Source: Squalus acanthias (Eukaryota). Taken from it: a DNA stretch of 64,000 nt. The stretch lies in contig CM059452.1 of NCBI GenBank assembly GCA_030390025.1, positions 8,618,001-8,682,000 of the forward strand, in the 5' to 3' direction. Of this stretch, positions 39,658 to 52,255 are shown in pieces. The first letter of the stretch is position 1; the number at the start of each line of letters is the position of its first letter. The notes under the pieces are model-generated. The model saw nothing but the letters and a program-made list of their open reading frames with translations. It was not told the origin of the DNA and searched no databases. The translations under genes and the position numbers were made by a program.

Positions 39658-40589
39658 GTAAGAGACACAACCCCGGGAAGTTCCAGATCATTCTGAGCGC
39701 CGATCTCAGTCAGGACTTTTATTGGAATTAGTAAAAAGCACAGAACAATTTCTAATTTCCAATCATACAGTTTGTGTTTCCTTCCGATGTCAGTGCTGAC
39801 TCAGGGTTCCTCACGGTTCAGGATTCCATCACTTCGCCAAATGTTTCCCTCAGCTGTGATGTCAGACAGTGAATGAGGTGTCCTCAGTCTCAGGTTTACC
39901 CTGAGAAAGCTCTATTTCTAATTTCCAATCATGCTGTTTGTGTTTTCTTCCGATATAAAAGAAAAGAAAGAACTGCCTTTACATAGCGCCATTCCCGACC
40001 TCCGGACGTCCCAAAGCGCTTTACTGCCAAGGAAGTACTTCCTGAAATGTGGTCACTGTTGTAATGTAGAAATCGCGGCGGCCAATTTGCAGACAGTAAG
40101 GTCCCACAAACAACAATGTAATAATGACCAGAGAATCTTATTATTTGGTGATGTTTGTTGAGGGATAAGTATTGGCCAGGACACCTGGGAGAACTGGCCT
40201 GCTCTTCCTCGAAATAGTGCCATAGGATCTTTTACGTCCACCTGAGAGAGCAGACGGGGCGTCGGTTTAACTTCTAAAGCGAAAGACGGCACCTCCGTCA
40301 GTGCAGCTCTCCCTCAGTGCTGCACTAGGTGTGTCAATTTACATTTTGTGTTCAAGTATTTGGAGTGAGACTTGAACCCACGATCTTCTGAATCAGGATT
40401 CCTCAGGTTCATGATTCCATAACCTCGCCAAAGGAGGTTTCCCTCTGCTCTGATGTCAGTCAGTGAGTGAGGTGTCTTCGGTCTCAGGTTAATCCTGAGT
40501 TGGCTGATCATATTCGGAGCGGCAGTAGGTGTCTGGAACCCTTTACTGGTAACTGTCTCGGGACCCACTGCTAGAAAGGGCATCTTCCC

Positions 40590-41140
40590 TATTTAGAGAA
40601 CTGCGTTCAATTCTGGACACCGCGCATCAGGATGGATATATTGGCCTTGGAGGGGCCGCAGTGCAGATTTAAAAGAATGACACGGGGATAAAAGTGTTAA
40701 ATAATGAGGAGAGGCTGCACAGATAGACTCGTATTCCTCTGAGTATAGAAGATTAAGAGGTGATCTAATTGAGGTGTTTAAGTTGATAAATGGAATTGAT
40801 AGGGGAGATAGAGAGAAACTAATTCCTCTGGTGCGGGAGTCCAGAACAAGAGGCATAACCTTAAAATTAGAACTGAGCCGTTCAGGGGTGATGTCAGGAA
40901 ACACTTCTTCACACGAAGGACAGTGGAAATCTGGAACTCTCCCCGCCAAATGCTCTTGAGTCTGTGGGCCAATTGCAAATTTCAAAACTGAGATTGATAG
41001 ATGTTTGTTAGGCAAAGGTATCAAGGGTTACAGAAACAAGGCGGGTAGATGGTGTTGAGGTGTAGATCAGCCATGATCTCATTGAATGGCGGAACAGGCT
41101 GGATGGGCCGAATGGCCTGCTCCTGGTCCTCTGTTGCTAT
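40590..41140 (+). mobile_element. CR1 3' fragment
   Basis: RRLRGDLIEVFK-like sequence and typical 3' UTR. Confidence 0.85.
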
Positions 41141-41833
41141 TACTGCCCTGCGGTCATATTTCCTCTCTCTCAAACCAGACATGTTAAGTGCTCACAAATG
41201 ACAGAAATGAACAAACTACTTCATATCGGCATTACACATTATTCACCACCACAAAAGACCCCTTGGAACTCCATTCTCCCGACCTTTCACTTCTCCTCTG
41301 ACGGGGCCGCAACTGATTCCTGCACATTTTCATCGCCCCCAAAATCGCAACAAGACACCAGAAAATTAACTTTGTTTCCTGTTGCAATAAAATCCTGGAT
41401 TTCATTTGACACTCGGTTTGAACCAGTGTAATTTTCGTGTAGAGCTCTTGACCCTGGGGGAGGGACCATTATAATGAGCGGGAATGCGTTCGGGGACAAG
41501 GAGCTATAGAGTGGCGTAAAGGAGCAAGGGATTTCGGGAAGATCGCTATTTACTGCCTAATAAAATTGCGGCCGAATTTATTCAAAGTTTTTACGCCGGG
41601 TGTTTGCTTCACAGCCGATTACAGGAGGCTCTGGGAGCAAATACACAGGAAATGTTAAAGTGTCTCGGGGAATCGTTGTCAATTCGTTGTCCTTCCAATA
41701 ACGATGGTGTTTAAGCAACAACGAGAGGTTAATCTCTCAAAGGTGATTTATTCTTCCTGAGAGAGTGAAGGCTGAATACTGGTGTCCTGATTCTGAAGAT
41801 GAAGCTTTGCTTGACTTTCTTTTCTGTTCTCAG

Positions 41834-42142
41834 ATGAGATCCAATGCAACGATCCAGAAATCACTCTTCCGCAACCGTCACTAGAACAAGTCTTACTGGA
41901 GGCGACGGTGACCTTAACCTGCGTCGTGTCTAATGTTCCTTATGGAGTCAACGTGTCCTGGACCCGAGAAAAGGAGACTTTGAAATCAGAGATTGCCGTC
42001 CAACCCGGAGAGGCTCCCAACAGCGTGATCAGCAACTTAAACATCTCGACACAAGCCTGGCTGAGTGGGGATGAGTTCTACTGCGTGGTAAGCCATCAGG
42101 ATATGCCGACTCCTATAAGAGATTCCATCCACAAGGAAAAAG
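41834..42142 (+). CDS. IGHM: IgM Cmu3 exon
   Basis: [45 protein letters not shown]; ctcag| and G|GTGAG. Confidence 0.95.
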
Positions 42143-42661
42143 GTGAGCGGTGAGATTGTAGCAATAAGTGAGACACTGTGACTATTTCCGGTGCTTGTGC
42201 ACGGCCCAATTCGTTCTATTCAGTGTTTTAATGGACTGCTCTGATAATTCAAAAGCTATTTCCACTAACTATACCCTCTGCGACCCGAGATGATGCATTT
42301 AAAGGGAAGCTGGATAAGTCAATGAGGGAAAAAGGAATAGAAGGATATGTTATGAGGGTTAGAGGAAGTAAGGTGGGAGGAGTCTCGTGTGGAGCATTAG
42401 CAGCAGCATTCATCAGTTGGACCGAATGGTCTGTTTCGATGATGTAAATTCTATAAAAAATTTCCTGTCCAACTCTTCAAGCTCCCAGAGAGAAGGATTG
42501 TATCCCCCTCTGCTCGGGGCTGGAAAACCGGACAGGACACAGAGGGGGAAAGTGAATCGTTCAAAATTCAGTGCAAAGCACATTTCTCTCACATCTAACC
42601 GCCGGTTGCATTGTCTCTGGAATTCTCCTCTTTATTGACCTTTATTGTAATTGTTTTGCAG

Positions 42662-43053
42662 TTGAAGATCCGCGGGAACCGTCCGTGTCTGTCCTCCTGC
42701 CCCCGGCAGAAGAAGTCTCCGCTCAGAGGTTCGTGACCCTCACCTGCTTAGTGAGAGGTTTCTCCCCCCGAGAGATCTTCGTCAAGTGGACCGTCAATGA
42801 CAAGCCGGTGAATTCCGGCAACTACAAGAACACCGAGGTGATGGCGGAGAACGGCAGCAGTTCCTTCTTCATGTACAGCCTGTTATCAATTACAGTGGAG
42901 GAGTGGGCCAGCGGCGCATCTTATACCTGTGTGGTGGGACATGAAGCGATCCCCTTGAAGATCATCAACAGAACGGTTAATAAAACCAGCGGTAAACCCA
43001 GTTTTGTGAACATTTCCCTTGTTCTGATGGATACCGTCAATTCTTGTCAATGA
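42662..43053 (+). CDS. IGHM: IgM Cmu4 exon plus secretory tailpiece (internal donor for the membrane form after 42991)
   Basis: [50 protein letters not shown]; N-x-S glycan site and penultimate Cys. Confidence 0.96.
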
Positions 43054-43081
43054 GAATCTCTCGATTGCATTTCAGTTGTTG

Positions 43082-43097
43082 AATAAAAACCAATAAA
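43082..43097 (+). terminator. Tandem AATAAA polyA signals for the secreted mu transcript
   Basis: AATAAA at 43082 and 43092. Confidence 0.8.
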
Positions 43098-43489
43098 GGC
43101 CTTTTCTTCCAATCGTCAGTTACACACACAGCCGCTCAATTAATTTTGTTTTCCATTTTTGCCAAGGGGAGGGCTGTTTATCTGAAGTAGGATATTTGCT
43201 GGTCTCGGACCCAAGGCTTGTACAGCCAGCGCTCCCAGCTCAGATACACCACGGGTTAGAGACAGACTGAAGCTCTTTCATGACAGGATTCCTCAAAGTC
43301 ACTTCAGCAACTTTCCTCCCGCTGGGGGAAATCAAAAAGTTCCCATTTCAGACAGACAAACGCAGCACATTTAGATCTCGGTGTCCCTGTTTCTCGTGCT
43401 GTCCATCCCTTCAGAATTGGGGCCTGTTTTATTTTGCAGCATCGCACCCTCTGGGATACGATATAAGGCAACTCACGCACACGAACTGT

Positions 43490-44883
43490 CACCCCTACTC
43501 CCCCACCAGAGAGAGGGGAAAGGGCAATTGTTAACCCACTGTACCTCCCACTCCCCCACTAGAGAGAGGGGAAAGGGCAATTGTTAACCCACTGTACCCC
43601 CCACTCCCCCACCAGAGAGAGGGGAAAGGGTAATTGTTAACCCACTGTACCCCCACTCCCCCACCAGAGAGAGGGGAAAGGGCAATTGTTAACCCACTGT
43701 ATCCCCACTCCCCCACCAGAGAGAGGGGAAAGGGCAATAGCTAACGCACTGTACCCCCCACTCCCCCACCAGAGAGAGGGGAAAGTGCAATTGTTAACCC
43801 ACTGTACCTCCCACTCCCCCATCAGAGAGAGAGGAAACGGTAATTGTTAACACACTGTACCCCCACTCCCACACCAGAGAGAGGGGAAAGGGCAATTGTT
43901 AACCCACTGTCCCCCCACTCCCCCACCAGAGAGAGGGGAAAGGGCCATTGTTAACCCACTGTACCCCCCACTCCCCCACCAGAGAGAGAGGAAAGGGTAA
44001 TTGTTAACCCACTGTACCTCCCATTCCCCCACCAGAGAGAGGGGAGAGGGCAATTATTAACACACTGTCCCTCCCACTCCCCCACCAGAGAGAGGGCAAA
44101 GGACAATTGTTAACCCACTGTACCCCCGCTCCCCCACCAGAGAGAGGGGAAAGGGCAATAGCTAACCCACTGTACCCCCCACTCCCCCACCAGAGAGAGG
44201 GGAAAGGGCATTTGTTAACCCACTGTACCCCCACTCCCCCACCAGAGAGAGGGGAAACGGCAATAGCTAACCCACTGTACCCCCCACTTCCCCACCAGAG
44301 AGAGGGGAAAGGGCAATTGTTAACCCACTGTACCTCCCACTCCCCCACCAGAGAGAGGGGAAAGGGCAATTGTTAACCCACTGTATCTCCCACTCCCCCA
44401 CCAGAGAGAGGTAAAAGGGCAATTGTTAACCCACTGTACCGCCACTCCCCCACCAGAGAGAGGGGCAAGGGCAAGTGTTAACCCACTGTACCCCCACTCC
44501 CCCACCAGAGAGAGGGGAAAGGGCAATTGTTAACCCACTGTACCTCCCACTCCCCCACCAGAGAGAGGGGAAAGGGCAATTGTTAACCCACTGTACCCCC
44601 ACTCCCCCACCAGAGGCAGTGGAAAGGGCAATTGTTAACCCACTGTACCCCCACTCCCCCACCATAGAAAGGGGAAAGGGCAATTGTTAACCCACTGTAC
44701 CCACACTCCCCCACCAGAGAGAGGGGAAAGGGCAATTGTTAACCCACTGTACCTCCCACTCTCCACCAGAGAGAGTGGAAAGGGCAATTGTTAACCCACT
44801 GTTCACTCACACACCCAACAGAGAGAGGGGAAAGGGCAATTGTTAACCCACTGTACCCCCCACTCCCCCACCAGAGAGAGGGG
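43490..44883. repeat. 52/53-bp minisatellite (about 26 copies)
   Basis: cccactcccccaccagagagaggggaaagggcaattgttaacccactgtac. Confidence 0.95.
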
Positions 44884-45584
44884 AGCTGCACAACTTTCTA
44901 TTATAGTAACTCAGTTCCCATCAGTAAAAAGTCAGCTTCTAACTCACTGTCCAAAATCGTTAAACCTGCCGCATGGGAATCAAATTGTAAAATAAATATT
45001 TATTCAACATCTTTAGCTAGTATTTTGGGTAAACCCGTCCCTGTTATTCGTAAACTAACAGATTGAATTTTAATAGTCCAACCCTAAACTGGCGATTGAA
45101 TCCTCTCAGGGTTTCTCACGGTTGTGTCCCTGAAGGTTCTGAGGCCCATCGGTTGAATTGTTGCATTCCATCGGCTGACGTCACAATGCGTCTCCCACAG
45201 AACACATTTACATAGAGCGGGGAAGAATGCGTGTAAAAGTGAGTGTGTCTGTGTTTATGTGTAAGTGTGTTTGCAATTTTGTGTAAGTGTGTGTATTTTG
45301 TGTCAGTGCACACACACACATAAACACACACGCACTTACACATAAACACACATTAACACACTGACACAGAATATTACACATACCCAGGATATAATACACA
45401 CCGTCATTGTCAGACCCAGTTATTGGTGCTCTCTGAAACTTTGAACAATAGCAAAAATACACACACACACCCTTACACAAAACACACACAAACACACGCA
45501 TTAACACACACACACTTACACACGCATAAACACACACATCAACACAAAAACACACTTACACAAAACACACACTTATAATTACAA

Positions 45585-47212
45585 TCACCAGGGAAGTGGT
45601 ACTGAGCAAATTGTTGGAACTCCGGTCTGACAAGTCCTCGGGTCCTGATGAACTTCATCCTAGGGACTTAAAAGTAGTGGCTGGTGAGGTAGTTGATGCG
45701 TTGGTTTTAATTTTCCAAAATTCCCTAGATTCGGGGAAAGATCCATTAGATTGGAAAATAGCGAATGTAACTCCTTTATTCAAAAAGGGAGGGAGACAGA
45801 AAGCAGAAAACTACAGGCCAGTTAGCTTAACATCTGTCATAGGGAAGATGTTAGAAGCTATTATTAAAGATGTTATAGCAGGGCACTTAGAAACGTTCAA
45901 GGTAATGAGGCAGAGTGAACAAGGTTTTGTGAAAAGAAAATAATGTTTAACCAAATTATTGGAGTTCTTTGAGGAAGTAACATGTGCTGTGGATAAAGGG
46001 GAACCGGTGGATGTACTGTACTTAGATTTCCAGAAGACATTTGAGAAGGTGCCACATCAAAGGTTATTGCGGAAAATAAAAGATCATGGTTTAGGGGGTA
46101 ACATATTGGCATGTATAGAAGATTGGCTAGCTAATAGGAAACAGAGAGTAGGCAGAAATGGGTCATTTTCTGGTTGGCAAGTTGTAACGAGTGGTGTGCC
46201 ACAGGGATCAGTGCTGGGGCTTCAACTTTTTACAATTTATATAAATGACTTGGATGAAGGGACCGAAGGTATGGTTGCTAAATTTGCTGATGATACAAAG
46301 ATAGGTAGGAAAGTAAATTGTGAAGAGGACATAAGGAGGCTACAAAAGGATATAGATAGGTTAAGTGAGTGCGCACAGATCTGGCAAATGGAGTATAATG
46401 TGAGAAAATGTGAAATTCTCCATTCTGGCAGGAAGAATAAAAAATAAGCATATTATCTAAATGGTGAAAGATTGCAGAGCTCTGAGATGCAGAGGGATCT
46501 GGGTGTCCTAGTGCATGAATCGCAAAAGGTTAGTATGCAGGTATAGCAAGTAATTAGGAAATCTAATAGAATGTTATCGTTTATTGCGAGGGGAATTGAA
46601 TACAAAAGTAGGGAGGTTATGCTTCAGTTATACAGGGCATTGGTGGGACCACATCTGGAGTACTGTGTACAGTATTGGTCTCCTTTTTTAAGGAAGGATG
46701 TAAATGCGTTGGAAGCAGTTCGGAGAAGGTTTACTAGACTAATACCTGGAATGGGCGGGTTGTCTTATGAGGAAAGGTTGGACAGGCTAGGCTTGTATCC
46801 GCTGGAATTTAGAAGAGTAAGAGGTGACTTGATTGAAACATGTAAGATCCTGAGGGGTCTGAACAGGGTGGATGTGGAGAGGATGTTTCCTCTTGTGGGA
46901 GAATCTAGAACTGGGGGTCACTGTTTAAAAATAAGGGGTCGCCCATTTAAGACAGAGATGATGAGACATTTTTTCTCACAGAGGGTCGTGAGTCTTTGGA
47001 ACTCTCTTTCTCAGAGGGCGGTGGAAGCAGAGGCTTTGAATATATTTACGGCAGACGTAGATTCTTGATAAATAAGGGGGTGAAATGTTATCGGGGGTAG
47101 GCGGGAATGTGGAGTAATCAGGTCAGCCATGATCTTATTAAATGGCGGAGCAGGCTCGAGGGGCCGAGTGGCCTACTCCTGCTCCTATCTTCTATGTTTC
47201 TATGTTTCTATG
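45585..47212 (+). mobile_element. CR1 RT 3' half inserted within a CA-rich simple repeat
   Basis: ORFs 45596-45943, 45959-46447, 46571-47068; (ctatgttt)n tail. Confidence 0.92.
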
Positions 47213-48064
47213 GCGGCGGTTGTTATACACATAAACACACACATGAAGGCATTTAGACACAAACGCACACACACTTAAACATAAACACACACAATTACAC
47301 ATAGATACACCTACATAGAATTACACATAAACACACACACTTACACATCAACACACACATTAACACACAAACAGAGACGATACCAAAACAAGAGATCGTC
47401 AGACTCACAAATGCAAACACTAAAGCGCGCAAAAAACGTCAGGCTATCGACGAATGTAGAATTAAAATTCACTTTTTTACGGACTCAGTATCACACGATT
47501 ATACTGATTGAATAATTCCTGATTCCATAACATCTCACATTTCTCTATTCTGCTCCTACACATACACTGAATCAATGTTCTTGTTGGAAACTGATACAAG
47601 TTAATTATATTCAGAGCACTGCCAAAACAAATAAATAAACAAGATTATAACTCACATCTAATATCTTACCCAGCCCCCTTGACAGTCTCCAAATAAGTAG
47701 CTATCTAAACCTATCATTAAAATAATCGATATCAATCAGTAAACCTCCCTCGATATTTCATATAATTCTCGAATGATAGATTGTATGAAATTGATGCAAA
47801 ATCAATTAGCGTGTGACATTGAAGAAAAGAAATATCATATTTTCCAACACGGACTATAGGAGGATCCTAAAGGAAGAGCGACTGTGGAATTAGGAACAGA
47901 GATAGATTGCTGACAGTGATTAACTTAACACAAGATATACATTGAAAATTCAATTAGAGAACAAACTGATACCTTAAGGAAAATAAAAGAGAATATATAA
48001 TAATAATAAGATATCTTTATTTAATAAAGGATCTGAATATATTTCCTCCTCTACATCCCCGTAG

Positions 48065-48192
48065 ATTCGTCAGACCACATCTTGATTGAAGACTATGAGG
48101 AAGAGAGCGGCAGCATCTGGACAACCGCTTCCACATTCATCATCCTGTTCTTCCTGAGCATGTCCTACAGCGCTGCCCTCACTCTAGTGAAG
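48065..48192 (+). CDS. IGHM: IgM transmembrane exon TM1
   Basis: cgtag|DSSDHILIEDYEEESGSIWTTASTFIILFFLSMSYSAALTLVK|GTGAG; Ig TM motif. Confidence 0.93.
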
Positions 48193-48332
48193 GTGAGAAG
48201 ATTCAATCCACTCACACTTCGATCTGACTGAAGCGGTTTGACAAATCTCTAAAAGTTTCATTGATTAAAACCCTGAGATAAATGCCCCAAACCACTAAAT
48301 CTCTGCTTCATTCTTTTATCCCTCTTTTACAG

Positions 48333-48341
48333 GTCAAGTGA
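48333..48341 (+). CDS. IGHM: IgM TM2 exon (VK*)
   Basis: ttttacag|GTC AAG TGA; AATAAA at 48405. Confidence 0.9.
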   Translation, partial: VK

Positions 48342-48973
48342 ACGGTTGAATTTCGGACGCCGTGGATTTTCTTCATCTGTTTATTAACATCTCTGTGTCA
48401 TGAAAATAAAATATATCCTCTTGGTGATTCTCAGAGTCAAATGTCTTCAGTTAATAGATCCGAATCTGAAGCTGAGAAAATCATAACCGGGATTTCCGTC
48501 TCTCTGTTTGAAATGTGTGAGATAATCGTGGCTATAATATAAATGTTTCTTAGAGTTTCACCGTTGTTTGAATATTTCATGTGTAAATAAGTCACTTTTC
48601 TCAATCCTAATTCACAATTGTTCCCTTCCCTTTATGTAGAGCCCCTGTTTTCTCTCCCTGGTGCCTGTTACAGTTGTACAGATAACTGGCAGCTCAGACC
48701 GCCTGTGTTCAGGTCTCAATGTGACGCTCGGTTTTAATATTCACTTTGTGTTAATTTTTGAAAAACTTCACTGTAAATTGATCTCTGTGAAATTGTTAAT
48801 AAATCTGGAATGACAAATTGACTAATTTAGACTTTGCTGAATTCCTTTATCCAAGGCTCGTCCACACGCCCCATTTTCCCAATCACACTTTGTTTTATTT
48901 CCCTGACAGGTATTTTTCACCCGTCCTGTCTGGGTTGTGTTTGAACACAAGTCCCTTCGGTTAAGGAGCCACT

Positions 48974-48987
48974 GCGCCACCTAGTGC
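48974..48987 (-). promoter_or_regulatory. Reverse-oriented CTCF-like motif (GCACTAGGTGGCGC) 3' of the IgM gene
   Basis: Plus strand reads gcgccacctagtgc. Confidence 0.55.
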
Positions 48988-49242
48988 CTCATCAGAGTAA
49001 AAACACCTTTACCCGTGCCTTTTTTTGTCAAGACCCAGAGGCGGAATGACTGCATAGCGACCAACAGCGACCAGGCGCACCTTGCAGTCTCCTCTAATAT
49101 TATGGTCTGTAACAGTCACATGCCAGGTTCTAATAAAGAGCAGGGCTCTGCTCCATCACAGCTTGAAACATTACAGTACATGGCAGAGTAAATCTCCCTC
49201 TACACTGTTCCATCAAACACTCCCATGGCAGGTACACACTTA

Positions 49243-50197
49243 GCATAGAAGCATAGAAGATAGGAGCGGGAGTAGGGCATTCGGCCCCTCGAGCCTGCTC
49301 CGACATTTAATGAGATCATGGCTGATCATCCAAATTCAGTACCCTGTCCCTGCTTTCTCCCCATATCTCTTGATCCCTTTAGCCTTAAGAAATATATCAA
49401 TCTCCTTCTTGAATATATTTAATGAATTGGCCTCAACTGCCTTCTGTGGTAGAGAATTCCACAGGTTCACCACTCTCTGGTGAAGAAATTCCTCCTCATT
49501 TCAGTCCTAAATGGCTTACCCTTTATCCTTAGACTGTGACCCCTGGTTCTGGACTCCCCGGCCATCGGGAACATCCTTCCTGCATCTAGTCTGTCTAGTC
49601 CTGTTAGAATTTTATAAGTTTCAATGAGATCCCCTCTCATTCTTCGAAATCCTAGCGAATATAAGCCTAATCGACCCAATCTCTCTTCATACGTCATTCC
49701 TGCCATCCCAGGTATCAGTCTGGTAAATCTTCGCTGTACTCCCTCCATGGCAAGAGCATCCTTCCTCAGATAAGGCGACCAAAACTACACACAATACTCA
49801 AGGTGTGATCTCACCAAGGCCTTGTACAACTGCAGCAAGACATCCTTGCTCCTGTACTCGAATCCTCTCGCTATGAAGGCCAACATACCATTTGCCTTCT
49901 TAACCGCCTGCTGCACCTGCATGCTTACCTTCAGCGACTGGTGCACAAGGACTCCCAGATCTCGTTGCACTTCCCCTTTTCCCAATCTATTGTCGTTCAG
50001 ATAATAATCTGTCTTCCTGTTTTTGCCACCAAAGTGGATAACCTCGCATTTATCCACATTATACTGCATCTGCCATGCATCTGCCCAATCACCCAACCTG
50101 TCCAAATCATACTGGAGTTTATCTGCATCCTCTTCACAGCACACACGCCCACACAGCTTTGTGTCGTCTGCAAATTTGGAGATATTACATCTAGTTC
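49243..50197 (-). mobile_element. CR1 3' kb, very similar inverted copy of 53786-54749
   Basis: ORFs 49467-49748 and 49785-50144 nearly match 53656-54651. Confidence 0.92.
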
Positions 50198-51556
50198 CCT
50201 CGGGGTCACAGCCCTCCGCCAGGGGTCACAGGCAGCACACACGGGGAATCGTTAGCGCTGAGCGGAGCCTGGAGACTGCTCGTGACCTCTGACCCTCAGT
50301 GAATGTGAAAAACAGCCAATTGCGGTGCTCTGACATGCGAAAAGCATTGTGGCGTCATCCAGTGCAGGGCAAAGCGGTGACGGCCATGTTTGTGTGACGT
50401 ACGGTGTGACGTGTGACTTCAATTCCCACAAAAGAAACGGTCTCCCTTTCTTAATAAAAAGGCGAAAATATGCGACAGAGATAAAGATACAGACAGCGAT
50501 AATTGAAGCGGTTGGCGAGTTGCGCATGTGCGAAGAGTGCTCCCAGGCAGCAGCACGGCCCGTGGTCTACATTGGGCCTATTCTGGTCCGCTGTGCATTG
50601 TGGTAATCTCTGTCCTTCATGGCTGCTTAAATCACTGACAGGGTGTGAGCCAACTGAACCACTGAATGGCAATTTATTACAGCCTCCCTCGGGGAAACTG
50701 CCACACAGTCAGAGTTCTCCTTACAGGCCAATAGCACTTGGTCAGATTTATTGCAGGTTAACTGACGCACTTAGGCAGCCAGTGACCGGAACAGCAAGAA
50801 TAGCGAAACAGTTGAGAAATCTCTCTATTTTCTCCACAGATCTCCCGCAACATTCAACTAATTTTCTCTTTCATGTCCTCTCCCATTCGGTTGTGGGTTT
50901 CCAACACCTCTGTTTTCAAGCTTGGAAAGTGGCATCTAAATATAGTGAAACTAAAATAGAGTAATGGGTCGGAGGATTTCCCGAGCATCTCAATACATTA
51001 AATACTTGGTTTTGAAGGAATACACGAGATGAAATAACACACTCAGGCAGAATATGGGAACCAGATCCTGTCCCATTAACGGAGCGACCAGCATGAGGTT
51101 CCTGGCGCTGTCAGCAACCTCTTTCTCGGAGCTGATCTTAACATTATTCACTGACCTGTCTGCAGTACTTGTCTATGGGAAGCTGGGTTAGAGCGGTTCT
51201 GAATTAATATGCCGTGCAGCAGTAAAGGTTTTACATCGTTAAACTAAAGACTGGAAGAAGAAAGTCCATACGATTAGTAAAGAGTGGAGACAAGGGATGA
51301 GAAGAGACAGGCAGGCCCGGAAATTGCATCAAAAGACAAAAGGTGAGTTGTGGAACCACAGACATGATTGCTGAAGTTCATTTTTAGTATAAATGCGAGT
51401 TGAAATCACAAACTAATATAATTCGGCCAGGGGACCTCACCTGTTCTTGTTGAGTGCTGTGTTTTTTTAATACTTTTAAGGAGATCCGTGTGACTCTCAC
51501 TGTGGAGACTGAATTATTGCTTCTGGTTATCGGTTTGAGAGCGCCCTCTCAGTGTG

Positions 51557-51667
51557 CGTTTTGGTACACTAGGGACGTTGAATAGTTACAATTAATGCTC
51601 ATTGAGGTTCCTTCCAGATATTGGGCTTCTGTTGGCCACTGCTTCAAGGAATCTCCAGAACTCAGTC
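51557..51667 (-). pseudogene. TCR V FR1 fragment (same family as 5740) fused to a nonamer remnant and downstream flank of another V family
   Basis: GLSSGDSLKQWPTEAQYLEGTSMSINCNYSTS, then ACCAAAACG-CACACTGAGAGGGCGC; 51350-51556 matches 55263-55480 inverted. Confidence 0.85.
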
Positions 51668-51711
51668 CTGCAGAAAACATTCCTGGTTTCCCATGGAAAC
51701 AGAATGAAAGT

Positions 51712-52255
51712 GAGAGTGACTGCCTTGCTATCAAGGCAGCATTTGACCGAGTGTGGCATCAAGGAGCCCAAGTAAAAGGGAAGTTAATGGGAATCAGGGG
51801 GAAAACTCTCCACTGGCTAGCGTCATACCTAGCACAAAGGAAGATGGTTGTGGTGGTTGAAGGTCAATCATCACAGCCCCAGGACATCGCTGCAGGAGTT
51901 CCTCAGGGCAGTGTCCAAGGCCGAACCATCTCCAGCTGCTTCATCAATGATCTTCCCTCCAACATAAGGTCAGAAATGGGGATGTTCGCTGATGACTGCA
52001 CAGTGCTCAGTGCCATTCGCAACTCCTCAGATAATGAAGCAGTCCATGCACGCACACAACAAGACCAGGCAATGACTATCTCCAACAAGCGACAGTCTAA
52101 CCACCGCCCCTTGACATTCAACGGCATTACCATCGCCGAATCCCCCATCATCAATATCCTGGGGGGGTGGGGGGTCACCGTTGACGTAACTGGACCAGCC
52201 ACATAAATACTCTGGCAACAAGAGCAGGTCAGAGGCTGGGTATTCTGTGGCGAGT
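51712..52255 (+). mobile_element. CR1-clade RT fragment (same family as 1-545)
   Basis: IKAAFDRVWHQG..GVPQGS..MFADD. Confidence 0.88.

Noticed and set aside
29604-43053. IgM1gj, IgW, IgNAR or NAR-TCR identity
   Set aside because: All four Cmu domains are present (IgM1gj lacks Cmu2); the VH and C sequences are mu-type; no NAR-type V was seen.
38596-44690. Many short ORFs in the 38-bp and 52-bp arrays
   Set aside because: Translation artefacts of minisatellites.
33645-44883. Tandem arrays as CRISPR arrays or class-switch regions
   Set aside because: Eukaryotic locus; the arrays have no unique spacers. They are not dominated by AGCT/WGCW motifs, and there is no downstream isotype in the window.
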